DNA of 64,000 nucleotides from Ignavibacteriota bacterium (GTDB lineage: Bacteria > Bacteroidota > Ignavibacteria > UBA10030 > UBA6906). Under the pieces are notes generated by a model. The model was not told the origin of the DNA. It did not search any database and saw only the letters and a list, made by a program, of their open reading frames with translations. A program made the position numbers and the translations under genes. Positions 38,430 through 49,505 of the stretch are shown here, piece after piece (the stretch's first letter is position 1; the number at the start of each line of letters is the position of its first letter). The DNA lies in assembly GCA_963801355.1 (NCBI GenBank), contig CAWDEM010000008.1, positions 2,272,001-2,336,000 of the forward strand, in the 5' to 3' direction.

Positions 38430-40274
38430 ATGGCCAAACCTCTCGAAACACTCGAAGAAGTGACGATTCGTTTTGCCGGAGATTCCGGCGACGGAATGCA
38501 GCTCACGGGAACGCAGTTCACCAATACCGTGGCCGCTCTCGGTGCTGACCTCAGCACCCTTCCCGACTATCCTGCAGAAATCCGCGCTCCCGCAGGCACC
38601 ACTTACGGTGTCAGCGGGTTCCAAATCAAGTTCGGGAGCACGGACATTCTGACTCCCGGGGACACCTGCGACGTGCTCGTCGCCATGAACCCCGCCGCAC
38701 TGGTCACGAACACCAAGATGCTTCGCACCGGCGGCACGATCATTGTCAATGAGGACGCCTTCACGGAGAAGAACCTGAGGCTCGCCAACCTTGCGACGAA
38801 CCCCCTTGAAGACGGCACATTGGCCAAGTTCGAGGTGCACCGCGTCGCCATCAGCAAACTCACCGCATCGGCGCTGGAGGATATGAATTTGTCCACCAAG
38901 GCCGTGGACAAAACCAAGAACTTCTTCGCCCTCGGGCTGATGTACTGGATGTACAACCGCCCCATCGACCAGTCGGTGAAATTCATCCGGGAGAAATTCA
39001 GCGCCAAGGATCCCGAGGTGGCCGAAGCGAACTTGCGGGTGCTGAAGGCCGGCTACAACTTCGGAGACACCACGGAGTTTTTCACCACACGCTATGACGT
39101 CCGCCCGGCACAACTCCCCCCGGGAAGGTACCGCAATATCATGGGCAACGTCGCTACGGCCCTCGGCCTCGTGGCTGCGGCCAAGAAAGCCGGCCTCAAC
39201 CTGTTTCTCGGCAGCTATCCCATTACGCCGGCAAGCGACATCCTCCACGAGCTCTCGCGCCTGAAGGAATTCGACGTGAAGACGTTCCAGGCAGAAGATG
39301 AAATTGCGGCCGTCTGCTCTGCGATCGGCGCATCGTACGCGGGGGCCCTCGCAGCGACAACGACCAGCGGCCCGGGTGTCGCACTCAAAACCGAAGGCCT
39401 GGGACTTGCCGTGATGCTCGAACTTCCGCTCATCCTCATCAACGTCCAGCGCGGCGGTCCAAGCACCGGCCTCCCCACAAAGACGGAACAATCAGATCTC
39501 CTGCAGGCCGTCCTCGGCCGCAACGGTGAAGCACCCCTATGCGTGATCGCGGCATCAACACCGGCCGATTGTTTCCGCGCGGCCTATGAAGCTGCCCGGA
39601 TAGCGGTGAAATTCATGACGCCCGTCATGTGCCTCACGGATGGGTACCTCGGCAACGGCGCAGAACCCTGGCGCGTCCCCAGGGTTGAAGATCTTCCGGC
39701 GATTCCCGTGCACTTTGCCACCGACCCGAACGGGTTCCATCCCTACTCCCGCAACCCGGAAACCCTGGCACGTCCATGGGCGATTCCCGGCACGCCGGGG
39801 CTCGAGCACCGTATCGGCGGACTCGAGAAGGACGAGCTGACCGGCAACATCAGCTATGACCCCGACAATCATGATGCCATGGTGAAGATACGCGCGGAAA
39901 AGATCGAGCGCATCGCCAAAGACATCCCCCCGCAAACGGTCGAAGGGGACGCACACGGCGATCTCCTCGTCATCGGATGGGGAAGCACCTATGGCTCAAT
40001 CAAAACAGCTGTCGCGGCCGCGCGGGAACGGGGTCTCTCGGTGTCGCATGCGCATATTGCCTATCTCAACCCGTTCCCCGGTAACCTCGGCGATATTCTT
40101 CGCAACTTCACACGGTTCCTTGTGCCGGAAATCAACAACGGACAATTGATCCGCCTGTTGCGGGCGAAGTATCTCATTCCCGCGGTCGGATTCAACGCCA
40201 TCAAGGGGCTCCCGCTCCGTGCCGAAGAGATCGAAAACGCGATCAATGACATCCTTGGAGGATCCAATGGCTGA
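38430..40274 (+). CDS. korA: 2-oxoacid:ferredoxin oxidoreductase alpha subunit
   Basis: [36 protein letters not shown]. Confidence 0.93.
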   Translation: MAKPLETLEEVTIRFAGDSGDGMQLTGTQFTNTVAALGADLSTLPDYPAEIRAPAGTTYGVSGFQIKFGSTDILTPGDTCDVLVAMNPAALVTNTKMLRTGGTIIVNEDAFTEKNLRLANLATNPLEDGTLAKFEVHRVAISKLTASALEDMNLSTKAVDKTKNFFALGLMYWMYNRPIDQSVKFIREKFSAKDPEVAEANLRVLKAGYNFGDTTEFFTTRYDVRPAQLPPGRYRNIMGNVATALGLVAAAKKAGLNLFLGSYPITPASDILHELSRLKEFDVKTFQAEDEIAAVCSAIGASYAGALAATTTSGPGVALKTEGLGLAVMLELPLILINVQRGGPSTGLPTKTEQSDLLQAVLGRNGEAPLCVIAASTPADCFRAAYEAARIAVKFMTPVMCLTDGYLGNGAEPWRVPRVEDLPAIPVHFATDPNGFHPYSRNPETLARPWAIPGTPGLEHRIGGLEKDELTGNISYDPDNHDAMVKIRAEKIERIAKDIPPQTVEGDAHGDLLVIGWGSTYGSIKTAVAAARERGLSVSHAHIAYLNPFPGNLGDILRNFTRFLVPEINNGQLIRLLRAKYLIPAVGFNAIKGLPLRAEEIENAINDILGGSNG

Positions 40275-41286
40275 GACCGCCCCCGCAAAACTCACGATTA
40301 AAGATTTCCAATCGGACCAGGATGTCCGGTGGTGCCCCGGTTGCGGCGACTATTCCATCCTCGCGCAGATTCAGAGGGTGTTTCCAGAATTTGCCCACCG
40401 GAAAGAAAACTACGTTGCGATCTCGGGCATCGGATGTTCCAGCCGTTTCCCCTATTATATGGACGTGTACGGGCTGCACGGAATTCACGGACGAGCACCC
40501 GCAATCGCTACCGGCGTCAAGTTGGCCAATCCAAAACTCGATGTCTGGGTGGCAACCGGAGACGGCGATGGGCTGAGTATCGGCGGCAACCACATGATTC
40601 ACATGCTCCGCCGGAACATCGATCTCAAAGTCCTCCTTTTCAACAACGAAATCTACGGATTGACAAAAGGGCAGTTCTCCCCCACCTCCCAGCTCGGGCA
40701 GATCACCAAGTCCACTCCGGCAGGCGTCATTGACCAGCCGTTCATCCCCGTTTCCCTCGCGCTGGGCGCAGGTGCATCCTTTGTCGCCCGGACCATGGAT
40801 CGTGATCCCAAGCATTTGCAGGAAATCATACGCCGTGTGGAGAGACACCACGGGTCGGCGTTCGTGGAAATTTACCAGAACTGCGTGGTGTTCAACGACG
40901 GCGCATTCTTTCAGTACACCGAGAAAGAGTCCCGCGACAACAATGTGGTCTACCTCGAACACGGAAAACCGCTCGTGTTCGGCAAGAACCGGGAAAAAGG
41001 CGTGCACCTCAACGGTTTCACGCCGGAAGTCGTCGATATGAGCGATGGAAAACACTCTGTTGCCGATCTCCTCGTCCATAACGAACACGATTCGACTCTG
41101 GCGTTCATTCTCGCAAACATGATTCATGATCCCGGATTGCCGCGCCCCATGGGCGTCTTTCTTGCACAGGAGCGCACGACGTACGAAGATGCAGTGCAGC
41201 AACAGATCGCCAGGGCAAAGGCCAAAAAGGGAGAGGGTAATCTGCAGAAGCTTCTTGACGGTGACGAAACCTGGGAGATCGCCTGA
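40267..41286 (+). CDS. korB: 2-oxoacid:ferredoxin oxidoreductase beta subunit
   Basis: WCPGCGD, SGIGCS, GDGD..IGGNH, YGLTKGQ. Confidence 0.93.
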   Translation: MAETAPAKLTIKDFQSDQDVRWCPGCGDYSILAQIQRVFPEFAHRKENYVAISGIGCSSRFPYYMDVYGLHGIHGRAPAIATGVKLANPKLDVWVATGDGDGLSIGGNHMIHMLRRNIDLKVLLFNNEIYGLTKGQFSPTSQLGQITKSTPAGVIDQPFIPVSLALGAGASFVARTMDRDPKHLQEIIRRVERHHGSAFVEIYQNCVVFNDGAFFQYTEKESRDNNVVYLEHGKPLVFGKNREKGVHLNGFTPEVVDMSDGKHSVADLLVHNEHDSTLAFILANMIHDPGLPRPMGVFLAQERTTYEDAVQQQIARAKAKKGEGNLQKLLDGDETWEIA

Positions 41287-41306
41287 CCGCCCCGGTACAC
41301 TGACCG

Positions 41307-42308
41307 ATGGTACGACGAATCCAGATGAAGACACTCCTCCAGTTCTTTCAGCACCATCTCCGGTTCGTCCTGACCACCCATGTGAATCCGGACGGCGATG
41401 CCATTGGGTGTGAAATGGCGCTCGGCCTCTGGTTACGGTCCCAGGGCAAGACGGTGCACATCATCAATCACGATGCAACGCCCTTCGTCTACCGTTTTCT
41501 CGATCCCGACGGCATCATCCGGGTGTTCGATCCCGCAGCCGACGCGGAAACACTTCGTGATGCCGATGCCATCATTCTCCTCGACACAAACCACGTGAGC
41601 CGTGTACAGTCGATGGAATCCTTCGTCCGGAACAGCCCGGCGGCGAAAATCTGCATCGATCACCACCTGGACCCGGAACCGTTCGCCGATCTCTCGCTCA
41701 TCAACCCCGATGCGACGTCAACCGGGGAGATTCTCTACCATCTGTTCCGTGCGACATCTTCCTACACCATTCCCCCGCACATCGCACAGGCATTGTACGT
41801 CGCCATCCTCACCGACACGGGATCGTTTCGCTATCCCCGTGTCAACGCGGAAACCCATCGCATGGTCGCCCGGCTCATCGAATGCGGCGCCGATCCCGTG
41901 GATCTCTACAACCAGGTGTACAACCGGTGGTCACCGGGACGGCTACGGCTTCTCGGAGAAACGCTCAGCCGTGTCGAAATCGCGTACGGCGGACGGCTGG
42001 TCCACGTCAGCATCACACAGGAAATGCTCCGACGAACCGGTACTCTCGAGGAGGACACCGACAATTTCACTTCATATCTCATGAGCATGGATGGTGTTGT
42101 CGCAGGGATCCTTTTCCTTGAACTGGAACGGGGGTTCAAGATCAGCTTCCGTTCGCACGGCGATGTCGCCATCAACACACTGGCACAGGAGTTCGGCGGC
42201 AACGGGCACATGAATGCAGCCGGAGCGAGGTTCGCTGATGGATCGCTTGCGGACGTCCGCACCGCTGTCGTGGCAGCCGCAGGGAAATATGTAACCCAAA
42301 GGAGTTAG
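41307..42308 (+). CDS. nrnA: DHH family oligoribonuclease/PAP phosphatase
   Basis: THVNPDGDAIG, IDHH, TDTGSF, SFRS, GNGHMNAAG. Confidence 0.88.
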   Translation: MVRRIQMKTLLQFFQHHLRFVLTTHVNPDGDAIGCEMALGLWLRSQGKTVHIINHDATPFVYRFLDPDGIIRVFDPAADAETLRDADAIILLDTNHVSRVQSMESFVRNSPAAKICIDHHLDPEPFADLSLINPDATSTGEILYHLFRATSSYTIPPHIAQALYVAILTDTGSFRYPRVNAETHRMVARLIECGADPVDLYNQVYNRWSPGRLRLLGETLSRVEIAYGGRLVHVSITQEMLRRTGTLEEDTDNFTSYLMSMDGVVAGILFLELERGFKISFRSHGDVAINTLAQEFGGNGHMNAAGARFADGSLADVRTAVVAAAGKYVTQRS

Positions 42309-42314
42309 CCAAAC

Positions 42315-43844
42315 ATGATGCATGTCGCCGTCCGCGCAATTCTCCCCGACAACGTGACGTCGGATCTCCTCGCCATTCCCGCATTCGAAGATAAGGAACT
42401 CTTTCAGACTGCGGCTGAACTTCTGGCCGTGCTCGCCGGTACACGGCCGCCGGAGCTCACCACAAAGGCGTTCTCCGGAAAGAAAGGTCAGACACTCCTC
42501 GTGCATTCCGTGGTGCGGCCCCGGCAAATGTTCTTGCTCGTCGGGCTTGGACGGGGAACGGACCTTGATCGGGAACAGCTGCGCATGCTGGGCGCAGCGA
42601 CGGTGACCTCAGCGCGCTCGGTGCGCGCAAAAGCGATCGCATGCCTTGAACCGGCCTCCGCGGTGTTGGCCCTGGCGACGACGCATGCACCCATCCTCCC
42701 GGAGGACGTCGCCCAGAGCATCGTCGAAGGAGCTCTGCTTGCCGCCTACCGTTATGACAAGTACCGCACGCTAAACCGTCAGGAGCAATTCACGCCTGCA
42801 GGGTTCACGCTCATTGCCTCGTCAAGGAACCGCCTGCGTCAACTGGACAGTGGCGCGGAACGTGCCCGGATCCTCTGCAGATCGGTGTACCTCGCGCGTG
42901 ACCTCGCGAATGCCCCGGGAAACGAGATCACCCCCGAAGCCCTGGCGCGGGCAGCACGCGCCGCGGGACGCAGCAGCGGAGTGACCGTCTCTGTGCTCGA
43001 TGAGCGCAGGATCTCCCGCCTCGGCATGGGGGGACTCATAGGCGTCTCACAGGGGAGTGCGCGCCCGCCCCGATTTATCATCATGGACTACAAGCCCCGC
43101 CGGTCCAGCCGCCGTGTCCCGACCGTTGTTCTTGTGGGCAAGGGCGTGACATTCGATTCAGGCGGCATTTCGATCAAACCATCGGCGAATATGGCCGAGA
43201 TGAAAATGGATATGTCCGGGGCTGCAGCGGTCATCGGTGCCCTGCAGGCGGCTGCCTCGCTTGCGCTGCCCGTACACCTTGTCGGGCTGATTCCGGCGGC
43301 AGAGAACCTGCCGGGCGGACGGGCACTTAAACCCGGAGACATCCTCACGCATCTGAATGGTATGACATCCGAGATCGACAATACTGACGCCGAAGGGCGC
43401 CTGATACTTGCCGATGCTCTGGTCTATGCGGCACGATACTCCCCGGGACTCATCATTGACCTCGCTACGCTCACGGGGGCGATCGTGGTCGCTCTCGGGA
43501 ATTACACCACGGGAATGCTGGGGACTGCGCCGTCCGCCATGCGGCAGCTGGAAGAGGCCGGGCGACGCACGCACGAACGCGTGTGGGAACTCCCGCTGTT
43601 CGAAGACTATGAACGGCTGATCAAGAGCGACGTCGCCGATGTGAAGAATACCGGAGGGCGCTGGGCCGGGGCAATTACGGCCGCCCTCTTCTTGAAGAAA
43701 TTCACCGGAGCTCACCCCTGGGTTCACCTCGATATCGCCGGCACGGCAATCACGGAGGAAGCCGGCGCGTACATCCCGAAAGGAGGATCCGGCGTCGGCA
43801 TCCGATTGCTCGTGGATTTCCTCCGGCACTGGACTGATCATTAA
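42315..43844 (+). CDS. pepA: Leucyl aminopeptidase (M17)
   Basis: VGKGVTFDSGG, MKMDMSGAA, NTDAEGRL, DLATLTG, HLDIAG. Confidence 0.95.
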   Translation: MMHVAVRAILPDNVTSDLLAIPAFEDKELFQTAAELLAVLAGTRPPELTTKAFSGKKGQTLLVHSVVRPRQMFLLVGLGRGTDLDREQLRMLGAATVTSARSVRAKAIACLEPASAVLALATTHAPILPEDVAQSIVEGALLAAYRYDKYRTLNRQEQFTPAGFTLIASSRNRLRQLDSGAERARILCRSVYLARDLANAPGNEITPEALARAARAAGRSSGVTVSVLDERRISRLGMGGLIGVSQGSARPPRFIIMDYKPRRSSRRVPTVVLVGKGVTFDSGGISIKPSANMAEMKMDMSGAAAVIGALQAAASLALPVHLVGLIPAAENLPGGRALKPGDILTHLNGMTSEIDNTDAEGRLILADALVYAARYSPGLIIDLATLTGAIVVALGNYTTGMLGTAPSAMRQLEEAGRRTHERVWELPLFEDYERLIKSDVADVKNTGGRWAGAITAALFLKKFTGAHPWVHLDIAGTAITEEAGAYIPKGGSGVGIRLLVDFLRHWTDH

Positions 43845-43851
43845 GCGGCCT

Positions 43852-45207
43852 ATGAAGCTCACATCATCTGCTCTTTTGCTCCTGCTGGTCTTCGGACCGG
43901 CCGTGAGTCCGGCCCAGCCTCCGCTGCTGCCGGAAATCCAGATCCCGATGCATATCGAATCCGTGGTGCTCCCCGGGCGGGATGCGGAAACGTGGGTCGT
44001 TCAACTCAACTATCGCATCGACCGGGAGTTCTTTGTCCCCGTACGGAATACCGATCCAGCGGTCGAGGGACTGTACCGGCGATCGGGAGAGATCCTCATC
44101 GAGCTCGCCGACTCGGCCGGCCCGTCACACGAAAGACAGATCGACCGCATCGACATGCCGGAAAACACCCCCGTCTCTTCGCCGGAGCAGCCTCACTGGG
44201 TTCAGGGAACCGCATCCTTCACCGTCCCTCCCGGAACATATCGGATATTCTTCGAGGCCGCAGACACGGAATCACGGCGGCGGCAGGTCAAGAAGGACAT
44301 TGTGGCACGCGCACCGCAGAGTAACCCGGACAGCCTCGTGATCACCGGCGTGGCATTTGTCGACCCGGCACGCGGAGTTTCCCCGGACACACTGTTCATG
44401 CAGAATTTCGGCGGTGATTTTCTCTTCGGCGAGAACAGCGCCCTGCTCGTCGGCCTGCACCTCCCCGGAGACACAAGTACGACCGCTCAGGGCCGATGGT
44501 CATTCACCCCGGCGGAACACGGGGGCGCATCGAACTCGAACCTGACAGCGGACAGCCTGCCGGGGATCCGCATCATCCGGCACAGACAACTCCTTCTGTC
44601 CGCATCCACCGGAGAGGTCCGGGGTCTTTGGCGTGCCGACAGCACGACCTCCGCCGCGTTCGCGGTGATCCCGATGAGCACTGCTCTTCTCCCCTTGCGG
44701 GACTACACGCTTCGTCTCGACCTCACGACGGCCCGGGGAAGACAGGCAACGGTGAGCCACCGGTGCCGGGCCGTATGGCCGGAGATGCCCTTCTCGCTGA
44801 AGAATGTCGACGGTGCGCTCGATGCGCTGCGGTTCATCACGACGGAACGTCAGCTGGATTCCCTCAGGCGCGGCTCATTCGAAGAACGGAGGGATGCACT
44901 CGAGACGTTCTGGCGGTCGCGCGACCGGTCTCCCGGAACGGCCCGGAATGAAGTCATGACTGAGTACTACCGCCGCGTGGACTATGCGACAAGGAATTTC
45001 GGAACGCTGCGGATTCCCGACGGATCCCGGAGCGACATGGGAAGAGTCTTTGTCCTGTACGGTCCTGCGACCCGGACCGAGCGTTCGCTGAATCCCGGCG
45101 GGGGGCATCTCGAGACATGGTTCTATGATCGTCTTCGCAAGAAGTTCGTGTTTGTGGATCTGGACAGGACGGGCACTTACACCCTGGCGGCAACCGCCCC
45201 CCTATGA
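43852..45207 (+). CDS. Exported GWxTD-domain protein with degenerate motif
   Basis: FWRSRD..P.T..NE..EYYRRVDYA..F..GSRSDMGRVFVLYGP; signal peptide. Confidence 0.8.
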   Translation: MKLTSSALLLLLVFGPAVSPAQPPLLPEIQIPMHIESVVLPGRDAETWVVQLNYRIDREFFVPVRNTDPAVEGLYRRSGEILIELADSAGPSHERQIDRIDMPENTPVSSPEQPHWVQGTASFTVPPGTYRIFFEAADTESRRRQVKKDIVARAPQSNPDSLVITGVAFVDPARGVSPDTLFMQNFGGDFLFGENSALLVGLHLPGDTSTTAQGRWSFTPAEHGGASNSNLTADSLPGIRIIRHRQLLLSASTGEVRGLWRADSTTSAAFAVIPMSTALLPLRDYTLRLDLTTARGRQATVSHRCRAVWPEMPFSLKNVDGALDALRFITTERQLDSLRRGSFEERRDALETFWRSRDRSPGTARNEVMTEYYRRVDYATRNFGTLRIPDGSRSDMGRVFVLYGPATRTERSLNPGGGHLETWFYDRLRKKFVFVDLDRTGTYTLAATAPL

Positions 45208-46193
45208 AGCCACGGATCGCCATAACGGCAGGAGATTTCAACGGCATCGGTCCGGAGGTGGTCCTCCGGAGCATCCGCACAAGAGCGGTCCGTGATTCCT
45301 GTGTGCCCGTGCTTGTCGGACCGGCAAATGCTTTCCAGTACTATGCGGGCATCAGCGGGATGCGGCTCGCGCTGACGCCGTTCAATGACCGCAATACCTC
45401 ACGCGGCACGCTGTTTGTCGAGAGCTCGGAAGTCCCGGCCCTGCAGATCGTTCCCGGTACGCTCTCACGGGTTGCCGGTGCGGCAGCGGCCTCCGCAATT
45501 GCCACCGCCGTCCGCATGGCGCTGCGGGGAGATGTGGACGCGATGGTGACCGCGCCCGTGTCAAAACAGGCGCTGCATCTTGCAGGAGTTCCTTTCCCGG
45601 GCCATACAGAGATGGTGCAGCAGCTTTCCCGATCGCGCCATGTTGCAATGATGCTGGTCTCCCCCACCCTCCGGGTGGGACTGGTGACAATGCACATTCC
45701 CCTGTCGGATGTTCCGCGCATACTCACACCGGCGCTGATTACTGATCGGATTACGGTGATTCATGCGGCGCTCAGACGGGACTGGGGTATCCCCCGACCT
45801 GCCCTTGCGGTCCTCGCTCTGAACCCCCACGCCGGCGAAGGAGGCGACATCGGCACGGAGGAACAACGCGTCATCCTCCCCGCTCTCGCACGGCTGCGGA
45901 AGAAAGGGTTCCGGCTCGAAGGCCCGTTTCCCGCCGACGGATTCTTCGCACGGTATCAACCGGGAGTCTACGACGGCGTCGTCGCCATGTATCATGACCA
46001 GGGATTGATACCGCTCAAGATGTCCTCCGGCGGACGGGGGGTTAATGTCTCCGTCGGATTGAGGATTATCCGGACCTCTCCCGACCACGGCACCGCATTC
46101 GATCGAGCCGGCCGCGGCACCGCCGATCCCGGCAGCATGGTGGAGGCCATTCTTCTCGCAGTCCGTATCGCGCACAACAGACGCCGCATCTGA
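45204..46193 (+). CDS. pdxA: 4-hydroxythreonine-4-phosphate dehydrogenase
   Basis: GDFNGIGPE, FPGHTE, LNPHAGE, MYHDQGLIPLK, RTSPDHGTAFD. Confidence 0.95.
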   Translation: MKPRIAITAGDFNGIGPEVVLRSIRTRAVRDSCVPVLVGPANAFQYYAGISGMRLALTPFNDRNTSRGTLFVESSEVPALQIVPGTLSRVAGAAAASAIATAVRMALRGDVDAMVTAPVSKQALHLAGVPFPGHTEMVQQLSRSRHVAMMLVSPTLRVGLVTMHIPLSDVPRILTPALITDRITVIHAALRRDWGIPRPALAVLALNPHAGEGGDIGTEEQRVILPALARLRKKGFRLEGPFPADGFFARYQPGVYDGVVAMYHDQGLIPLKMSSGGRGVNVSVGLRIIRTSPDHGTAFDRAGRGTADPGSMVEAILLAVRIAHNRRRI

Positions 46194-46200
46194 GGCACCC

Positions 46201-46869
46201 ATGATCCGCTTCAGTGATGTCAGTTTCTCCTTTGGTCCCTCCACCGTCCTGGATTCGATCTCGTTTGAAATCCAACCCGGGGAGTTCGTGTTTCTTGTGG
46301 GGCAGACGGGGTCCGGCAAGAGCACCATCCTCAAGCTGATCTATATGGAGATCATGCCCACCAGGGGCACGGTCATGGTCGGCAAGTACCTGTCCTCACA
46401 GATACAGCGCAGGGAAACTCCTCTTCTGCGCCGTACTCTCGGCGTTGTGTTCCAGGATTTCCGGCTGCTTGACGACCGGAACGTATTCGACAATGTGGCC
46501 TTCGCCCTCCACGTCACAAGTGTGAGCGGCACCGAAATCAAGAAACGCGTGCTGCGCGCCCTCGCGGAAGTCGGCCTGAGCCATCACAGGAACAGGATGC
46601 CTTCGGAGCTCTCCGGAGGTGAACTGCAACGCGTGGTCATTGCACGTGCGCTCGTCAACAACCCGCACTTTCTCCTCGCCGACGAACCCACCGGCAACCT
46701 GGACCCCACAACCTCGCGCGAGATCCTTCAACTCCTGAAGGATATCAACACGCGGGGTACCGCGGTGATCATGGCGACGCACAACTACGAATTGGTCAGA
46801 AGGGTCAAGGAAAGGATTTTACAGGTCCGCGAAGGAAAAATCTACGAAGTAGAAATGCGGGCAGGCTGA
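46201..46869 (+). CDS. ftsE: Cell division ATP-binding protein FtsE
   Basis: [47 protein letters not shown]. Confidence 0.85.
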   Translation: MIRFSDVSFSFGPSTVLDSISFEIQPGEFVFLVGQTGSGKSTILKLIYMEIMPTRGTVMVGKYLSSQIQRRETPLLRRTLGVVFQDFRLLDDRNVFDNVAFALHVTSVSGTEIKKRVLRALAEVGLSHHRNRMPSELSGGELQRVVIARALVNNPHFLLADEPTGNLDPTTSREILQLLKDINTRGTAVIMATHNYELVRRVKERILQVREGKIYEVEMRAG

Positions 46870-46871
46870 AT

Positions 46872-47111
46872 CTAGAGGGTCACCGTCTCCACCCGAAGGA
46901 CCTCCGGTACCTCGTTCATTACCATCCGCTCCACCCCGGCACGCAGGGTCATCTGGCTCATCGGACAGATCCTGCAGGTTCCGACCCAGCTGATCTCGAG
47001 CACGCCGTCATCGCGCATCCTCACAAAGTGTACATCCCCGCCGTCTTTCTGCAGGAACGGACGAATCTCGGTCAGCGCGGTGTGAATACGTTCTTCAATC
47101 GTCATGGTCAT
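46872..47111 (-). CDS. NifU-like (Nfu) Fe-S carrier
   Basis: IRPFLQKDGGDV, GTCRICPMS.MTL. Confidence 0.9.
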   Translation of the reverse strand: MTMTIEERIHTALTEIRPFLQKDGGDVHFVRMRDDGVLEISWVGTCRICPMSQMTLRAGVERMVMNEVPEVLRVETVTL

Positions 47112-48199
47112 GTCAGCTGAATATCCACGCGTGTGTCGGCTGTGCGGGCGGCATTACGGATGCTCACCTGCGCCGCCATGTTCCGGGCTATCCGCCTGAT
47201 ACTGTCTCCCGGCCCCCCCGGCTGCCCGTCAAGGACGACCGGCTTGCCCGCATCACCGCTTATGCGAATGCTGGTGAAGATAGGAATCTCACCCAGAAAT
47301 GGTACGCCGAGTTCTTCCGCAGCGCGGCGGCCGCCGCCGTTGTCAAAGATTTCCTCCCTGTGGCCGCAATGCGTACAGACGTAGTAGCTCATATTCTCGA
47401 TCAGACCGAGGACCGGTACATTCACTTTCTCGAACATCACGTACCCCTTCCGGGCATCGGCAAGGGAAATATCCTGCGGCGTCGTCACGATCACCGCCCC
47501 GGTCAACGGAATGGTCTGCACAAGCGTCAACTGAATGTCGCCTGTGCCGGGGGGCAGGTCGAACACCAGGTAATCCAGCTCTCCCCAGTCGACATCCGTC
47601 ATGAACTGCTTGATGGCGCCACTGGCCATCGGACCTCGCCAGATCACCGCCTGCATCGGATCCACAAGAAAGCCGATGGACATGACTTTTACGCCCCAGT
47701 TTTCCATCGGCTGAAGGCGCTGGTTGCGGACGCCCGGGCGGCCCTTGATACCCATCATCAGCGGGATGCTCGGCCCGTAAACATCAGCATCAACGAGGCC
47801 CACGCTGGCACCTTCGCGCGCAAGAGCAACGGCGAGGTTGACGGCGACCGTGGACTTCCCCACCCCCCCCTTGCCGGAAGCGACCGCGATGGTGTTTTTC
47901 ACCCCCGGGAGAACGTCCCCCGGTTGCCGCTCCTTGCGTGCATGTGTCACGCGCGAAGACATCCGCACCGTCACTGCGCCCACCCCCGGGATCGCATCAC
48001 GGATGGCACGTTCCGCGGCGCCCTTGAGCTCATCGCGCACGGGACACGCGGGAGTTGTCAGCTCAATGTCTACCGCAACGTCATTGCCCTCGATGGTCAC
48101 GTCCTTGACGAAACTCAGCGAAACGATATCGCGGTGCAAATCAGGATCACGAACCACTCGCAGCGCATCGAGGACACTTGCCCGGGTGAGTGCAGTCAT
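47108..48199 (-). CDS. apbC: Mrp/NBP35 Fe-S cluster carrier ATPase
   Basis: ASGKGGVGKST, DADVYGPS, WRGPM, DLPPGTGD, ENMSYYVCTHC. Confidence 0.93.
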   Translation of the reverse strand: MTALTRASVLDALRVVRDPDLHRDIVSLSFVKDVTIEGNDVAVDIELTTPACPVRDELKGAAERAIRDAIPGVGAVTVRMSSRVTHARKERQPGDVLPGVKNTIAVASGKGGVGKSTVAVNLAVALAREGASVGLVDADVYGPSIPLMMGIKGRPGVRNQRLQPMENWGVKVMSIGFLVDPMQAVIWRGPMASGAIKQFMTDVDWGELDYLVFDLPPGTGDIQLTLVQTIPLTGAVIVTTPQDISLADARKGYVMFEKVNVPVLGLIENMSYYVCTHCGHREEIFDNGGGRRAAEELGVPFLGEIPIFTSIRISGDAGKPVVLDGQPGGPGDSIRRIARNMAAQVSIRNAARTADTRVDIQLT

Positions 48200-48242
48200 G
48201 CTGATGGGACCTTCCATGTATTGTGCTCTGTATAACATCCCG

Positions 48243-49463
48243 TCATTTGAGAAGGTTCATCTTCTTGCCCACTGTTCGGAAGGCCTCGAGAGCACGGTCG
48301 ATATCCTTCAGGCGCAGGGCCGCCGACACCTGCGCGCGCAGGCGGGCTTCACCTTTGGGAACCACGGGATACCAGAGACCGCGAATGTACACCCCTTCCT
48401 TCAGTAACGCGTTGCTCATTTCCTGGGCGACGGATGCTTCGCCGAGCATGATGGGCACAATCGGATGGTCGCCTTCGAGAATGGTGAATCCCAGCTCCAC
48501 GATCCTCTTCCGAAAATAGGCGGTGTTCCGGTGGAGCCGCTTGACAATTGACTTGTCCTTCATGAGAAGATCGAACGCTGCGGTCGCCCCAAACACGATC
48601 GAGGGAGGGAGAGAGTTCGAGAAGATGTAGGTCCTGGCCTTCTGCCGCATGAAGGAGATCACTTCCCGCTTGCCGCTAATGTATCCCCCGGCGGCGCCGC
48701 CGATCGCTTTTCCCAGGGTTCCTGTCAGCACGTCGATCTTGCCGTGGACACCCTTGGCTTCCGGTGTACCGCGTCCCGACTTTCCGCACACGCCGACTGC
48801 GTGGGAATCGTCGACGAAAAGAATCGCCCCGTAGTGCTGCGCCACTGCGACAAGGCGGTCGAGCGGGGCCAGATCGCCCTCCATGCTGAACACGCCGTCG
48901 GTGGCAATCATACGGAGCCGGTAATCGGTGTGTGCGTCCTCCTCGAGTTGCCGGACGAGGTCATCGACGTCCGCATGCTTGTAAATCTTCTTGTCCGTCG
49001 TCTCGGCCTTGCACAACCGTTGCCCGTCAATAATGCTCGCGTGATTCAAACGATCGGAGTAGATGACATCCTTGTATGTCTCGCATCCCATCTTTTCGTT
49101 GGTCAAAGACGCAAAGAACGCCTCGTTGGCGGCCCAGCAGGAGGAAAACAGAATCGTATCCTCGGTGCCGAGGAACCGCGAAATCTTTTTTTCCAGTGCA
49201 AGGTGAATGTCCTGGGTGCCGCAGATGAACCGTACCGATGCAACGCCGTACCCGTATTCCTTGATGCCTGCAATCGCCGCCCTCCGGACAACAGGGTGAT
49301 TCGACAGCCCGGCATAGTTGTTGGAGGCGAGCATCACCACCTTCTTGCCGTTTACCCGCACAATGCCATCCTGCGCGCCCTGGAGCGCGACTTCATGCTT
49401 GTACGTGTTGGATTCCTCGAGCTGCTTCAGTTCTGCACTTACAAGTTCTAGTACGCGTGACAT
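48243..49463 (-). CDS. kbl: Glycine C-acetyltransferase (2-amino-3-ketobutyrate CoA ligase)
   Basis: SVRFICGTQ, LNHASIIDG, TDGVFSMEG, VDDSHA, TLGKAIGG, ARLRAQVSA. Confidence 0.88.
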   Translation of the reverse strand: MSRVLELVSAELKQLEESNTYKHEVALQGAQDGIVRVNGKKVVMLASNNYAGLSNHPVVRRAAIAGIKEYGYGVASVRFICGTQDIHLALEKKISRFLGTEDTILFSSCWAANEAFFASLTNEKMGCETYKDVIYSDRLNHASIIDGQRLCKAETTDKKIYKHADVDDLVRQLEEDAHTDYRLRMIATDGVFSMEGDLAPLDRLVAVAQHYGAILFVDDSHAVGVCGKSGRGTPEAKGVHGKIDVLTGTLGKAIGGAAGGYISGKREVISFMRQKARTYIFSNSLPPSIVFGATAAFDLLMKDKSIVKRLHRNTAYFRKRIVELGFTILEGDHPIVPIMLGEASVAQEMSNALLKEGVYIRGLWYPVVPKGEARLRAQVSAALRLKDIDRALEAFRTVGKKMNLLK

Positions 49464-49505
49464 CACAGTCTCCTTACGTCAGTGGTCGATTGGCCGGACA
49501 GAAGT

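Noticed and set aside
38415-41334. Long antisense ORFs (358 and 363 aa) opposite korAB
   Set aside because: Shadow ORFs expected from GC-rich codon bias; no recognisable motifs. The same applies to 4830-5717 and 58918-59883.
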